DNA of 64,000 bases. Source: Pedobacter sp. (GTDB lineage: Bacteria; Desulfobacterota; Desulfuromonadia; Desulfuromonadales; Syntrophotaleaceae). The position numbers and the translations under genes were made by a program. The notes under the pieces are model-generated. The model ran no database searches, had not been told where the DNA came from, and worked only from the letters and a program-made list of their open reading frames with translations. Where the stretch lies: NCBI GenBank assembly GCA_050253415.1, contig JBFWJC010000001.1, positions 872,679-936,678 on the forward strand. Direction: 5' to 3'. Positions 49,088 to 59,143 of the stretch are shown here, piece after piece. Every line of letters begins with the position of its first letter. The stretch's first letter is position 1.

Positions 49088-50581
49088 CTAGGGCGCCCGC
49101 CCGAAGCGGCGGGTCATGTCCCCCAGTCGCTGCTGCAGTTCCGAGGTCAGCGCGCCCGGCAAGTAGCGCCAACCCCAGTTGGCATCGGCGTGGCCGGGGT
49201 GATTCATACGCGCCTCGCCATCCAGTGCCAGCAGATCCTGCAGCGGGCAGATGGCAAGTCGGGCGACGCTCGACCAGGCAAGGTGGATCAGGTCCCAGGG
49301 CATGTCAACGGAGGACCGGCCGAGGTAGGCAGCGGTTTCGGTGCGGAGCTGTTGATCCAACGACTGCCACCAGCCGAGGGTTGTGTCGTTGTCATGGGTG
49401 CCGGTATAGACGATGCAGTGCACGGGCAGGTTGTGGGGCAGATAGGGGTTGTCCGGTCCGGAATCGAAGGCGAACTGCAGAATCTTCATGCCGGGCAGGC
49501 CAAGCCGGTCGCGCAGTTGCTCGACTTCGGGGGTGATGATGCCCAGATCCTCGGCCACCAGCGGCAATGCCGGGTATTTATGCTTCAGGGTGGAGAAAAG
49601 GGCTTCGCCGGGGCTGTCCCACCACTGGCCGTTGATGGCGGTCTTTTCTCCGGCCGGAATCGCCCAGCAGGCGATGAAACCACGGAAATGATCGATGCGC
49701 AGCAGGTCGCATTGTTGCAGGTTCCACGCGAGCCGGTCCTGCCACCAGGCGAAATCATCCTGTTGATGCGCTTCCCAGCGATACAGGGGGTTGCCCCAGT
49801 GTTGGCCGGTAGCGCTGAAGTAATCGGGAGGCACACCGGCCACCACCGTCGGCTGCAACTGCGGGTCCAGATGGAACAGACCGGGATGCGCCCACACGTC
49901 CGCCGAATCAAGCGCCACAAAGATCGGCATATCGCCCAGAATACGCACTCCCCGTCGGTTGGCATAATCGCGCAGGGCCAGCCACTGTTCAAAAAACACG
50001 AACTGGCTGTATCGATGAAAGTACAGGCTGTCGGCCAGTTCCCCACAAGCCTGCTCCAGGGCGTCCGGCTGCCTCTCCCTCAGGGGCCGGGGCCATTGCT
50101 GCCATGACTGGTCGTCGAATTTTCGCCGAAGGGCGCAGAATAGAACGAAGTCCTCGAGCCAGCCGGCTTGTTCATGACAGAAGGTGTCGAAGTCGTTCTT
50201 ACGCCGGGCGGAGGCTCCCTCGCGGAAGCGTTTGCCTGCCTTGCGCAGCAGTCGGGTTTTGAAAGGGGCGACAAATCCGAAATGTGCCAGCCCCTCTTCC
50301 AGGCTGACCCCCGCCAGATCTTCCGGTTCGAGATCTCCCTCTTCCACCAACCGCTCGAGGGAAACCAGCAGGGGATTGCCGGCGAACGCCGACAGGGCGC
50401 TGTAGGGTGAATGTCCGTAGCCCGTTGGTCCCAGGGGCAATATCTGCCAGATGCTCTGCCCTGCTCCGGCAAGGAAGTCGACGAACCGCCAGGCTTCGGT
50501 GCCCAGATCGCCCATGCCGTGCGGTCCCGGAAGGGAGGTGGGGTGCAGCAGGACCCCGCTGGCGCGGTGCTGGCCCGTCAT
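49088..50581 (-). CDS. malQ: 4-alpha-glucanotransferase (GH77)
   Basis: GVLLHPTSLP, RIDHFRG, AEDLG and YTGTHDN. Confidence 0.96.
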   Translation of the reverse strand: MTGQHRASGVLLHPTSLPGPHGMGDLGTEAWRFVDFLAGAGQSIWQILPLGPTGYGHSPYSALSAFAGNPLLVSLERLVEEGDLEPEDLAGVSLEEGLAHFGFVAPFKTRLLRKAGKRFREGASARRKNDFDTFCHEQAGWLEDFVLFCALRRKFDDQSWQQWPRPLRERQPDALEQACGELADSLYFHRYSQFVFFEQWLALRDYANRRGVRILGDMPIFVALDSADVWAHPGLFHLDPQLQPTVVAGVPPDYFSATGQHWGNPLYRWEAHQQDDFAWWQDRLAWNLQQCDLLRIDHFRGFIACWAIPAGEKTAINGQWWDSPGEALFSTLKHKYPALPLVAEDLGIITPEVEQLRDRLGLPGMKILQFAFDSGPDNPYLPHNLPVHCIVYTGTHDNDTTLGWWQSLDQQLRTETAAYLGRSSVDMPWDLIHLAWSSVARLAICPLQDLLALDGEARMNHPGHADANWGWRYLPGALTSELQQRLGDMTRRFGRAP

Positions 50582-51030
50582 GACGGGTTACTTGAGCCGA
50601 GAGAGTCTTTTTCCGCGGCAACCAGTACCTGGCGCGCGGCCAGCAGACGTCGGTAGTAGTTGGCGGCTTTCTGATGCTGGCCGGATACCAGGGCCTTATG
50701 CAGATCCCCCTCCAGTTCGGCCACTTCCAGGCGCTTGTAATAGTCCATGGTTTCGAGCAGGTGCGCGACGACGATGCGGGCGGTCAACAGGGGGTGGTTG
50801 TTGGTGACGTTGGCTGCCGGATACATGGTGCCGTGCTCAAGCTCAACTTCCAGTCCGGCCCGAAAATCTTCCAACGGGATTTTCAGCCCGGCCGTGTCGG
50901 TGTTGGCCAGGATCATGCCGGCTTCGTCTTCCGATACTTCGACCTTGTCCAGACATGTCCAGTCTCTGATATCCAGAGCTTTGCATACCCTCCGCACTTC
51001 TTCCACGGTGATATAGACAGGCAGTTCCAT
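50578..51030 (-). CDS. DUF5661-like protein
   Basis: FRAGLEVELEHG...NVT...AHL.E..DYY.RL; stop overlaps the malQ start (ATGA). Confidence 0.75.
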   Translation of the reverse strand: MELPVYITVEEVRRVCKALDIRDWTCLDKVEVSEDEAGMILANTDTAGLKIPLEDFRAGLEVELEHGTMYPAANVTNNHPLLTARIVVAHLLETMDYYKRLEVAELEGDLHKALVSGQHQKAANYYRRLLAARQVLVAAEKDSLGSSNPS

Positions 51031-51197
51031 GGTGATATCCTTTGGTTTGAGATGTTGTAGGCAGCTTGCTATTACGCTTCATTATACTCGATGTGGCGTG
51101 GTTTCCCACAAGCAGCCATTCATGTGTGGGGTTTTTAAGTCGATGAAAGTTGCGGGCAAAGGGGCGTCATGAGGCGCCTCAGGCGAGGAGGATGGTC

Positions 51198-51992
51198 ATG
51201 GAGAATCAGCAGCGCGTGATCGAAGATGTCGGGATGGCTAATTTGCAATTTCCTATCCGGGTGTTGTCCGGGCGTAATGCTCAGGGACAGGATACTGTTG
51301 CCAGCATAACCGTTAATGCCCGCATTCTTCAGGAATTTGAAGCTCGCTGGATCGACCGTTTTATCCAGGTATTGCATCGACACAGAGGTATTGTCGGCGC
51401 AACCGCATTGCAGGATCAGGCCCTCGATTATCTGCACGAACTCGATGCCCGCTCGGTAAGCGTGGAGTATGAGTTTCCCTATTTTATCGAAAAGACGACT
51501 CCGGCATCCGGGGAGAAGTGTCTGGTGAGATATCGCTGTGCCTATGCGGTGCGGGTCCATACCCTCAATAATGAACCGACGGTTCTGTTTCGTATAGAAG
51601 TGCCGTGCATAACCACCTATCCCGGCTCGTCGCGGGAAAAACCCGGGGGGCTGTTTGGCCAGCTCAGCCGCATCGGCCTGGAAGTCATGACGCGCAGGGA
51701 TATCTACCCGGAAGATCTCGTCGACATGGTCGACCGTCATGCGTTGGCGCCATTGTATTCTTATCTCACCGAAGAAGATCAGATGCATGTTATCGAGCGG
51801 GTGCATACCGAGGAAAAAAACAGCGTGGTGGTGGTCGACGCTATCAAACTGGAGTTGGCGCGTCGGCGGGATATCGAGTGGTATGCGGTCAAATCGGCCA
51901 ATTATGGCATGCTGCATTCTTATTCGACCATGGTCGGACTGGAAAAAAGCCCCTGGATCCCCTTCAGTGGTTATGAGTCGGGTGATATCTGA
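51198..51992 (+). CDS. GTP cyclohydrolase IB (FolE2)-like protein, degenerate
   Basis: IEDVG..L.FP and FPYFIEKTTPASG; GAGGAGG RBS; catalytic motifs altered. Confidence 0.78.
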   Translation: MENQQRVIEDVGMANLQFPIRVLSGRNAQGQDTVASITVNARILQEFEARWIDRFIQVLHRHRGIVGATALQDQALDYLHELDARSVSVEYEFPYFIEKTTPASGEKCLVRYRCAYAVRVHTLNNEPTVLFRIEVPCITTYPGSSREKPGGLFGQLSRIGLEVMTRRDIYPEDLVDMVDRHALAPLYSYLTEEDQMHVIERVHTEEKNSVVVVDAIKLELARRRDIEWYAVKSANYGMLHSYSTMVGLEKSPWIPFSGYESGDI

Positions 51993-52070
51993 CGGTTTGG
52001 GCTTGCAGGGTGCACGGTGTGGCGAAATTGCGTGCCAATTTCCGTTAAGGGGAAGGCCCCTCTGTATAGA

Positions 52071-54164
52071 TCAGGCACTGGGTTCGGATCGATTCCTGAG
52101 TTTGATAATCGGTGCCGGTAAACTGCTGGTCTTTAGATACGCCTGACAATCTTCGGCAGGAATAGGGTAGCTCAGATAGTATCCCTGGCCTATCTGGCAA
52201 CCCCGCTTTTTTAAGAAGACTTTTTGGTATTCCGTTTCGATACCTTCCGCAATAACCCCCAGCTTAAGGGTGTTGGCAAGGGCGATGATGCCCTCTGCCA
52301 GCGCACCATTCTCCTCACCCTGGTTGACTTTGCTAATAAACGAACGGTCGATTTTAAGGCTGTTGATAGGGAAGTTTTCCAGGCAGCTGAGAGACGAATA
52401 ACCGGTACCAAAATCGTCAATCGACAGGCTGATACCAAGAGAGACAAGGCTTTTCATGGTTCGAATGGCCTTTGCCATGTCGAGCATGATGGCCGTTTCG
52501 GTTATTTCGATTTCCAGATATTCCGGTGCAAGCCCGGCTTCGGTGAGAGCGTGGCTTACGACATCGCACAGATCGGCCTGACAAAACTGTTTGGGGGATA
52601 TGTTGACGGCAACTTTGCATGGGGGCAGACCTGCCTTTTGCCATGCCTTGGCCTGTTTGCAGGCGGTGTTTAAAACCCAACGGCCTATCGGCAGGATCAG
52701 ACCGCTTTCTTCGGCTACCGAAATGAATTTTCCCGGAGGGATAAGCCCTAAAGAGGGGTGCTGCCAGCGGAGCAGTGCTTCCATGCCGTGCACCGTATTT
52801 GAAAACAGATCGATCTGTGGCTGATAGTAGAGAATGAATTCACCATTCTGAAGCGCTTTACGCATGCTGTTTTCAAGAAACAATGTCTCTTCGACCTGTT
52901 CATTCATACCGTTGGTGAAGAAGCGGTAGGTATTGCGACCGATTTCCTTGGAGCGGTACATGGCGACGTCGGCACATTTCATCAGGTTTTCCACGCTATC
53001 CCCGTCGTCAGGATAAATGCTGATGCCGATGCTGGTGGTGATAAACAATTCCTGGTCGTTGATGGTAAACGGCTCCGCCATCGAATGGAGGATTTTATCG
53101 GCAACCAGAGATAGAGACCGTGCATCGCGAACCTCTTCGATCACAAGTACAAATTCGTCACCCCCCAGTCTCGCCAGGGTGTCCTCGTTCCGAATCTGAT
53201 CCTTCAGACGGCGGGTAACGAGCTGAAGCACGACGTCGCCGATGTCGTGACCCAGGGTGTCGTTGATATTCTTGAAGCGGTCCAGGTCGAGAAACAGCAG
53301 GCCGACCTTGTTGCCGGAGCGTTGGCCGCGGGATAGAGCGTGGGATAACCGGTCGCGAAACAGCAGGCGGTTAGGCAGGCCCGTCAGGCAGTCATGGTGG
53401 GCCAGATGATCCAGATGTTTGCGCTGGTTGGACAGTTCGTGGTCACGATGTTGAATCTGGGTCAGCATGTTGTTGAAGTTCTCGATCAAAGTTCCCATTT
53501 CATCGATTCTGTTATTAACAATTCTCCTCGAATAATCTTTGTCCTGCGAAACGGAATTCATGGCTGTGGCCAGTTGTTCGACCGGTTTCGAAATAATTTT
53601 CTGGAGTCTTGTGGCAAGCAGAAAGCCGAGCATCGAAGACCCCATGAGACCGAGCAGGCCGAAGGTGGCATAGCGTATCAGTGTTTGACTGATATCGGAA
53701 AGATCCGCTTGTATATAAAGGGTTCCCAATGCCTCGCTTTTGTGTTGCAAGGGGATACATATTTCGAGGGTTTTGCCAAAAACATGGCCCTGCCGAAGCA
53801 GTATTTCAGTTGGTGTGACAGGATAGGCATGGGAGTTGTCGGCTTGGCCATAGTGTGTAAAGGTTTCACCCGTTTTAGCTTTTATCTGGATGAGTAAAAT
53901 CTGTTCTTTTTTAGAAAAATTGTTCAGTGCGTCGCTGATGGCTTGTCTGTCATCAAAAATCAGTGCGGCCGCAAGGTTGCCTGATATATCATTGGCAATG
54001 ATCGTGACTTGCTTGAGGAGGGATTTTCGCAAAAAAGTTCTTTGCGTATAAATCAGTGTAGAAAACAGCAACAGCATTGTAAGCGTGCTGACAATGCCAA
54101 TGATAGAAAGCAGCTTGGCTTTAATGGACAGTTTGTTGATGATTGTCTGTGATATTTTTGTCAT
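52071..54164 (-). CDS. YfiN-like periplasmic sensor-HAMP-GGDEF-EAL protein
   Basis: 2 TM segments, AALIFDD (CHASE8-like), HAMP; RNED I-site, GGDEF, EAL and DDFGTGYSS. Confidence 0.93.
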   Translation of the reverse strand: MTKISQTIINKLSIKAKLLSIIGIVSTLTMLLLFSTLIYTQRTFLRKSLLKQVTIIANDISGNLAAALIFDDRQAISDALNNFSKKEQILLIQIKAKTGETFTHYGQADNSHAYPVTPTEILLRQGHVFGKTLEICIPLQHKSEALGTLYIQADLSDISQTLIRYATFGLLGLMGSSMLGFLLATRLQKIISKPVEQLATAMNSVSQDKDYSRRIVNNRIDEMGTLIENFNNMLTQIQHRDHELSNQRKHLDHLAHHDCLTGLPNRLLFRDRLSHALSRGQRSGNKVGLLFLDLDRFKNINDTLGHDIGDVVLQLVTRRLKDQIRNEDTLARLGGDEFVLVIEEVRDARSLSLVADKILHSMAEPFTINDQELFITTSIGISIYPDDGDSVENLMKCADVAMYRSKEIGRNTYRFFTNGMNEQVEETLFLENSMRKALQNGEFILYYQPQIDLFSNTVHGMEALLRWQHPSLGLIPPGKFISVAEESGLILPIGRWVLNTACKQAKAWQKAGLPPCKVAVNISPKQFCQADLCDVVSHALTEAGLAPEYLEIEITETAIMLDMAKAIRTMKSLVSLGISLSIDDFGTGYSSLSCLENFPINSLKIDRSFISKVNQGEENGALAEGIIALANTLKLGVIAEGIETEYQKVFLKKRGCQIGQGYYLSYPIPAEDCQAYLKTSSLPAPIIKLRNRSEPSA

Positions 54165-54799
54165 CTTTGCTCCATAACGATGCCATTTTTTATGATAGAC
54201 AAAGACAATCCGAATAGTTTTGAGCTAATATGCAGTCTGTTTTTTGCGGCGTTATCCAGATTTAAGCAGAAATTGACGCGACCTCCTACTTCAACAAAAG
54301 AAACGATCCCACCATTTTTGAAAAAACTGTCATCATCGCTTACGGATAAAATTGGTAACGATTTAGTTAATGATAAGACTTGCTTTGAATGACTCTGTTG
54401 GTTATCCGCGATATAGAGAATCTGGCATTGGTGCATGGCTTGTTGCAGTTCGACCAGGTTCTTTAAAACGAGTACTTCAATAGGTCTGCCAAAATAGGAC
54501 CGTTCTTGCCATTTCATGAGCTCTTTCTGCAGAAGATCTTCACCGAATACGCATACCCTTAAGGCGGTTTTATTGCTATCGAAACTTGTATCAGGCCACT
54601 CGACAAACTGGGCAATACTGTACAGTATCGCAGACTGGACGACTTCTTCCCGGTAGACCGGTTGGCAAACCCCCTGTGCGCCGGACAACAATAACAGGGA
54701 CAGCAAAAGCATGATGACGCCACACGGTTTTTTTAGCCGTATTAACGACCGAAACCGGTTGGGTGGTGCCATTATCGAATTTTCTGGAAGAATCCCCAT
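54161..54799 (-). CDS. YfiR family (DUF4154) periplasmic protein
   Basis: AILYSIAQFVEWP, VCVFG, CQILYI and ISSKL; stop overlaps the next start; start uncertain. Confidence 0.85.
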   Translation of the reverse strand: MGILPENSIMAPPNRFRSLIRLKKPCGVIMLLLSLLLLSGAQGVCQPVYREEVVQSAILYSIAQFVEWPDTSFDSNKTALRVCVFGEDLLQKELMKWQERSYFGRPIEVLVLKNLVELQQAMHQCQILYIADNQQSHSKQVLSLTKSLPILSVSDDDSFFKNGGIVSFVEVGGRVNFCLNLDNAAKNRLHISSKLFGLSLSIIKNGIVMEQR

Positions 54800-54865
54800 A
54801 GTCTGGAATCACTAAAAATTTAGGCGAAGGGATTATTAATTCCCTTCACGTCGTAAGTGGATCCG

Positions 54866-56932
54866 CTATTTAAACCGACCCGTTAATTGCGCATAAAAAC
54901 CTCTTGCCACCCCGGTGCTGATGGCTGTAGTCGAGGTGAATTCCTGGCGATTGTCATCCAAAAGATTCTGTCCGACGATGGCCAGTTCCAGCGATGAATT
55001 CAACTGTAATGCCACCCGCAGATCCAGGGTGTGATAGCTCGGTATGTCCAGTTCCGGGAGGCTGTCGACATAACGCCACCAGGCGTCCAGTTCGACCCTT
55101 TCGCCGATATTCCATTTGGATAGAACCGATACCTGATGCTGCGGGCTGAATCCTTCATCGGTTTCAAAGGACTCTGCTCCGCTTGAATGATCGATATGCA
55201 ACGCCATTTGCAGATAGCTGTAGGATGTTTTGAGTTGCCACCACGGAAGGGGGGTATAGTCGACAGCGACTTCGATGCCGTAGGTTTCGCCGGAGCCCTG
55301 GTTTTCGGCGCTTAAGGGGACAATGAAGTATAATTGGGGGAAAGTTCCTGTCTGGATGGGTGTTTGAGGTTCGTAGGTGATCAGACTGTCGTAATCGTTG
55401 TAAAAGGCTGTGATATCCAGGTTGAACCACCGCTTCGGCTGATAACGAAAGCCGATCTCATAAGCGATGAGATCTTCGGAGTCTGCATCCTCATCCCCTC
55501 TTAAGGAATAATACGAAGTTACAGGTCCTGTGGCTGATACCCCGAAATTGATTTGGGAGTCGTGATCAAGTCTTGAAGGGGTACGCACGGCACGCGATAC
55601 CGCTGCCCAGATGGAATAGGGGATGGAAGGGGTCCAGATGATGCGGGCGTTCGGTTGGGCTTCCAGGCCTGTATACCCATTGTGCTCAAATTTCGATCCG
55701 ACAATGAACGTCAGTCGATCCTGGATGAGCATGACGTTGTCCTGCAGAAACAGACTGTAAAGACTGTCGGCGCGACTGTCGGGATCGCCGCTTACGGTAA
55801 AGCTGTCGTCGATGCTGTCGCGGGTATAGCGATAGCCCGCGCCCCACACCAGCGTATGGCGTTCCCCCAGGTTGAACTGGTGCTGAAAGTCGAAGTCCAG
55901 GGTGTCGCGTTTTTCGTTGAAAGCCATATCCTTGCGTTTGGTGCCGTCATAGTAGAATTGCGCTGAAAAATTGGACGTTTCGGATAGCGTGTGTTGCCAG
56001 CGCAGCAACACATTCTGGCCGGAAAATTCGCTGTCGCCGACGGTGTTGAGGCTGTAGGGTGCTTCAATCAGGCTCATAGGCCGAACGGAGCCGGACGAAC
56101 CGCTATACGCGTCGCCTTGCAGGGTTACCTGGTCGTCGTCCGGATCGCCCCACTCGGCCCGAAAGCCCCCCCGAAAAGATCGCCAGTCATCGGCGGCGTC
56201 TTCACCGAAAAGGCTCTGACCTGTATCGCGATCAAAATATTTGGCATAGATACGGTAAAACCCCTGGTCGCCGAAGGTGCCGCCGTAACGAATCCTGCCG
56301 AAGCCACGCTCCTCGGAACCGCTCCCGCCGGCTATCAGCAGGCCCTGCGTATCTTTGGCGGATTTGGTCATGATGTTGATGACGCCGTTGACGGCATTAG
56401 CGCCCCACAGGGTGCCGCCCGGGCCGCGAATGACTTCGATGCGGTCCACGTCTTCCAGCATGACATCCTGGACATCCCAGAAAACTCCGGCAAACAGTGG
56501 GGTGTAGACGGTCCGTCCGTCGATCATGACCAGCATTTTGTTGGCAAACGCTTCGTTGAAGCCCCGGCAGGTGATGGCCCATTTATTACCGTCGATACGG
56601 GCGACCTGCAGGCCTGGAACCATACGCAGGGCTTCCGGAATACTGGTGGCACCGGAATGCCGGATATCTTCACTGGTTACCACATAGATGGCAGCAGCGG
56701 CCTGGCTGATTTTTTGAGGCATTCTGGCGGCACTTGTGACCTCGATATTGACCAGATCCTCCAGGCTCAATGCCATGACTTCCTCGGTGGTTGCTGCCGC
56801 CGCAGGCATCACAGATGAGACCATAATGAAAAAAATACTCCCCAGGACCGCAATAATCAGGAGCCTGTTGGCGATGCCGATTGGTGGTGGTGCTAAAAGC
56901 ATGCAGCTACGGTTTTTGATGCCTGCTTTCAT
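54866..56932 (-). CDS. TonB-dependent receptor
   Basis: LSLEDL..IEVTSA; plug RIEVIRGPGGTLWGANAVNGVINI; C-terminal beta strand ending RFK. Confidence 0.93.
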   Translation of the reverse strand: MKAGIKNRSCMLLAPPPIGIANRLLIIAVLGSIFFIMVSSVMPAAAATTEEVMALSLEDLVNIEVTSAARMPQKISQAAAAIYVVTSEDIRHSGATSIPEALRMVPGLQVARIDGNKWAITCRGFNEAFANKMLVMIDGRTVYTPLFAGVFWDVQDVMLEDVDRIEVIRGPGGTLWGANAVNGVINIMTKSAKDTQGLLIAGGSGSEERGFGRIRYGGTFGDQGFYRIYAKYFDRDTGQSLFGEDAADDWRSFRGGFRAEWGDPDDDQVTLQGDAYSGSSGSVRPMSLIEAPYSLNTVGDSEFSGQNVLLRWQHTLSETSNFSAQFYYDGTKRKDMAFNEKRDTLDFDFQHQFNLGERHTLVWGAGYRYTRDSIDDSFTVSGDPDSRADSLYSLFLQDNVMLIQDRLTFIVGSKFEHNGYTGLEAQPNARIIWTPSIPYSIWAAVSRAVRTPSRLDHDSQINFGVSATGPVTSYYSLRGDEDADSEDLIAYEIGFRYQPKRWFNLDITAFYNDYDSLITYEPQTPIQTGTFPQLYFIVPLSAENQGSGETYGIEVAVDYTPLPWWQLKTSYSYLQMALHIDHSSGAESFETDEGFSPQHQVSVLSKWNIGERVELDAWWRYVDSLPELDIPSYHTLDLRVALQLNSSLELAIVGQNLLDDNRQEFTSTTAISTGVARGFYAQLTGRFK

Positions 56933-56944
56933 GGGTTCTCTCCC

Positions 56945-56977
56945 AAATAAAAAAACCCGTTCCGAAAGGGAACAGGG
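56945..56977 (-). terminator. Leader terminator (riboswitch expression platform)
   Basis: Minus strand cccuguucc-cuuuc-ggaacggg-UUUUUUUAUUU just upstream of the TonB receptor start. Confidence 0.75.
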
Positions 56978-57021
56978 CGCAGTGGGCCTGCATCGGCCAC
57001 ATACATTAGGGCTCCCCCTCT

Positions 57022-57098
57022 TTCTGCAGCTCGGCCATCCGCTCAGACGGATCCGTAGCTTTGCGCCATCAAATTGCTTTGACTTTGCTTTTTCCAGA
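57022..57098 (-). ncRNA. GEMM-I cyclic-dinucleotide riboswitch (A20 variant) upstream of the TonB receptor operon
   Basis: Minus strand UCUGGAAAAAGCAAAGUCAAA-GCAA-UUUGAUGGCGCAAAGCUACGGAUCCG...CGGAUGGCCGAGCUGCAGA. Confidence 0.85.
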
Positions 57099-57107
57099 GG
57101 TTTTATC

Positions 57108-57135
57108 AGGTTATCGGTGAAATGATGCCTGTCAA
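57108..57135 (-). promoter_or_regulatory. Candidate sigma70 promoter for the riboswitch-TonB receptor operon
   Basis: TTGACA-N16-TAACCT ending about 10 nt before the aptamer. Confidence 0.5.
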
Positions 57136-57244
57136 TAAATACATATCGTTAATGTAAGTAAAATAATTATTGTTTAGATATGTTCAGGGTGGACAAGGTT
57201 GTGCCTTTATCCCGGCAGGTTGTTTCGGTAGATCGGCGGGATGC

Positions 57245-58507
57245 TCAACGGGGTCGGTAGTCGGGGTGGGCGAAAGAGTAGGAAAATTCCATGTGGTCGG
57301 CGTAGCTTCCGTCGAGAATGGCAGCGACGTCTTCTATGAATACCTGTTCTTCATCGGTCGGAATGACGAAGACCTTTATGGGGGATGTATCGCTTGAGAT
57401 GAGCACTTCTTTGCTGCCTGCCAGTTCACGGTTGCGTTGTTCATCGAGATAAATGCCGACATGCTCCAGGTTTTGCAGCGCCATGTGCCGGATCAGGGCG
57501 GAACGCTCCCCGACTCCGGCGGTAAAAACCACGGCATCGAGCGGACCGATCGCTGCCAGGTAGGCGCCAATGTATTTGCGCAACCGGTAACTCTCGATTT
57601 CCAGGCAGAGCTGGCAACGGGGATCGCCGTTTTGTGCCGCCGAGATGACATCCCGCCGGTCGGTGTAACGCCCTGTTATACCCAATACGCCGCTCTTTTT
57701 GTTGAGCAGGTTATCCATTTCATCCGAGGAGAGGTTTTCCATCTTCATCATGAAATGCGGGATGGCCGGGTCGATATCGCCGCAGCGCGTCCCCATTACG
57801 GCGCCTTCCAGGGGGGTGAGACCCATGCTGGTGTCGATGGAGATGCCGTTGCGGATGGCGCAGTGGGAGACGCCGTTGCCGATGTGCATGGTGATCAGAT
57901 TGCAGTCACGGGCATGCTTGCCGAGCAGGGCCGCCGCACGTTTCGATACATAGAGGTGGGAGGTGCCATGAAACCCGTAACGTCGAACCCGGTAATGTTC
58001 GTACCATTCGTAGGGCAGGGCGTAAATATAAGCATGTCTGGGCATGGTCTGGTGAAAGGCCGTATCAAAAATGGCAACGCCTGGCACTGTGGGCAGGGCT
58101 GCGCGTACCGCCTCGATACCGGCGATGTTGGGCGGGTTATGCAGGGGCGCAAGGTGCTGAACCTCGCGGATGGTTGCCAGAACCTCATCATCGATACGTA
58201 CCGATCGGGTGAATTTTTCACCGCCATGTACCACGCGGTGGCCAACGGCTGAAATGGCATCGATGTTGTCGATGACCGCCTCCCCGCCTTCGGTCAGTGT
58301 CCGCAGGATCAGGCCGATGGCGGTGTGATGGTCGGGGCATTCCTGTTCCAGCCGGTAGTCTTCTCTGCCGGGGACATTATGGATAATGAAAGAGCCCCCG
58401 ACGATGACCCGTTCGACACCTCCTTTGGCAAGAATTTTTTGGTTGGTCCAATCAAAGAGATTGTATTTGACCGATGAACTGCCGCAGTTCAGTGCCAGTA
58501 TGATCAC
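57245..58507 (-). CDS. ackA: Acetate kinase
   Basis: NCGSSSVK, GHRVVHGG, FDTAFH, RRYGFHGTSH and PTDEE. Confidence 0.97.
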   Translation of the reverse strand: MIILALNCGSSSVKYNLFDWTNQKILAKGGVERVIVGGSFIIHNVPGREDYRLEQECPDHHTAIGLILRTLTEGGEAVIDNIDAISAVGHRVVHGGEKFTRSVRIDDEVLATIREVQHLAPLHNPPNIAGIEAVRAALPTVPGVAIFDTAFHQTMPRHAYIYALPYEWYEHYRVRRYGFHGTSHLYVSKRAAALLGKHARDCNLITMHIGNGVSHCAIRNGISIDTSMGLTPLEGAVMGTRCGDIDPAIPHFMMKMENLSSDEMDNLLNKKSGVLGITGRYTDRRDVISAAQNGDPRCQLCLEIESYRLRKYIGAYLAAIGPLDAVVFTAGVGERSALIRHMALQNLEHVGIYLDEQRNRELAGSKEVLISSDTSPIKVFVIPTDEEQVFIEDVAAILDGSYADHMEFSYSFAHPDYRPR

Positions 58508-58689
58508 GATGCCCTCCCGGGTTCTTGTATAATTAAATAACTAACAAGAATTCGGGGAAATGCAACGAGGACACCACGGCTGTTACCATGCTTGCTGTGC
58601 AAATTCCTGCTGCGAAAAGTTCACCACGCGTTATACTTCTCGACATTGTTTGGAGATAACCACGACGGTATCGATAAGGAGGACAACTA

Positions 58690-59127
58690 ATGCAAAGGTC
58701 AGTCTGGATGTTGGTTATGGCATGTTTGGGGATGATGCTGGTTACCGGTTGCGGTCGCGAGGAGTCGCAGGAGAACAGTGCGGCCGTTTCGCAAAAGCAA
58801 GCGATGCCTATGGAGCATGATATGGGATCGGGGATGGATGCCATGCATGAGATGGACCACGACATGATGGCTACAACGGCAGTTACGGATGATGGCGCTG
58901 CATTGTTTCAACAACACTGCGCCGTGTGTCACCCCGGTGGCAGCAATATCATTACCCCTGCCAAGACCCTTGATCGGCAGACACTCGAGAAAAACGGCAT
59001 AACCACCGTGGAAGATATTCTGGCGATCGTGCGCAAACCCGGTCCGGGTATGACCCCGTTCGGGCCGGAGCAGTTGTTCGACAAACAAGCGGAGCAGGTG
59101 GCCGAGCATATCCTGTCAACTTACTGA
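58690..59127 (+). CDS. Monoheme cytochrome c6-like lipoprotein with Met/His-rich linker
   Basis: Lipobox LVTGC; CAVCH.GG.N.I.P.KTL; axial Met in PGMTPF. Confidence 0.88.
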   Translation: MQRSVWMLVMACLGMMLVTGCGREESQENSAAVSQKQAMPMEHDMGSGMDAMHEMDHDMMATTAVTDDGAALFQQHCAVCHPGGSNIITPAKTLDRQTLEKNGITTVEDILAIVRKPGPGMTPFGPEQLFDKQAEQVAEHILSTY

Positions 59128-59143
59128 TTTTGCCCCGGGTTGT

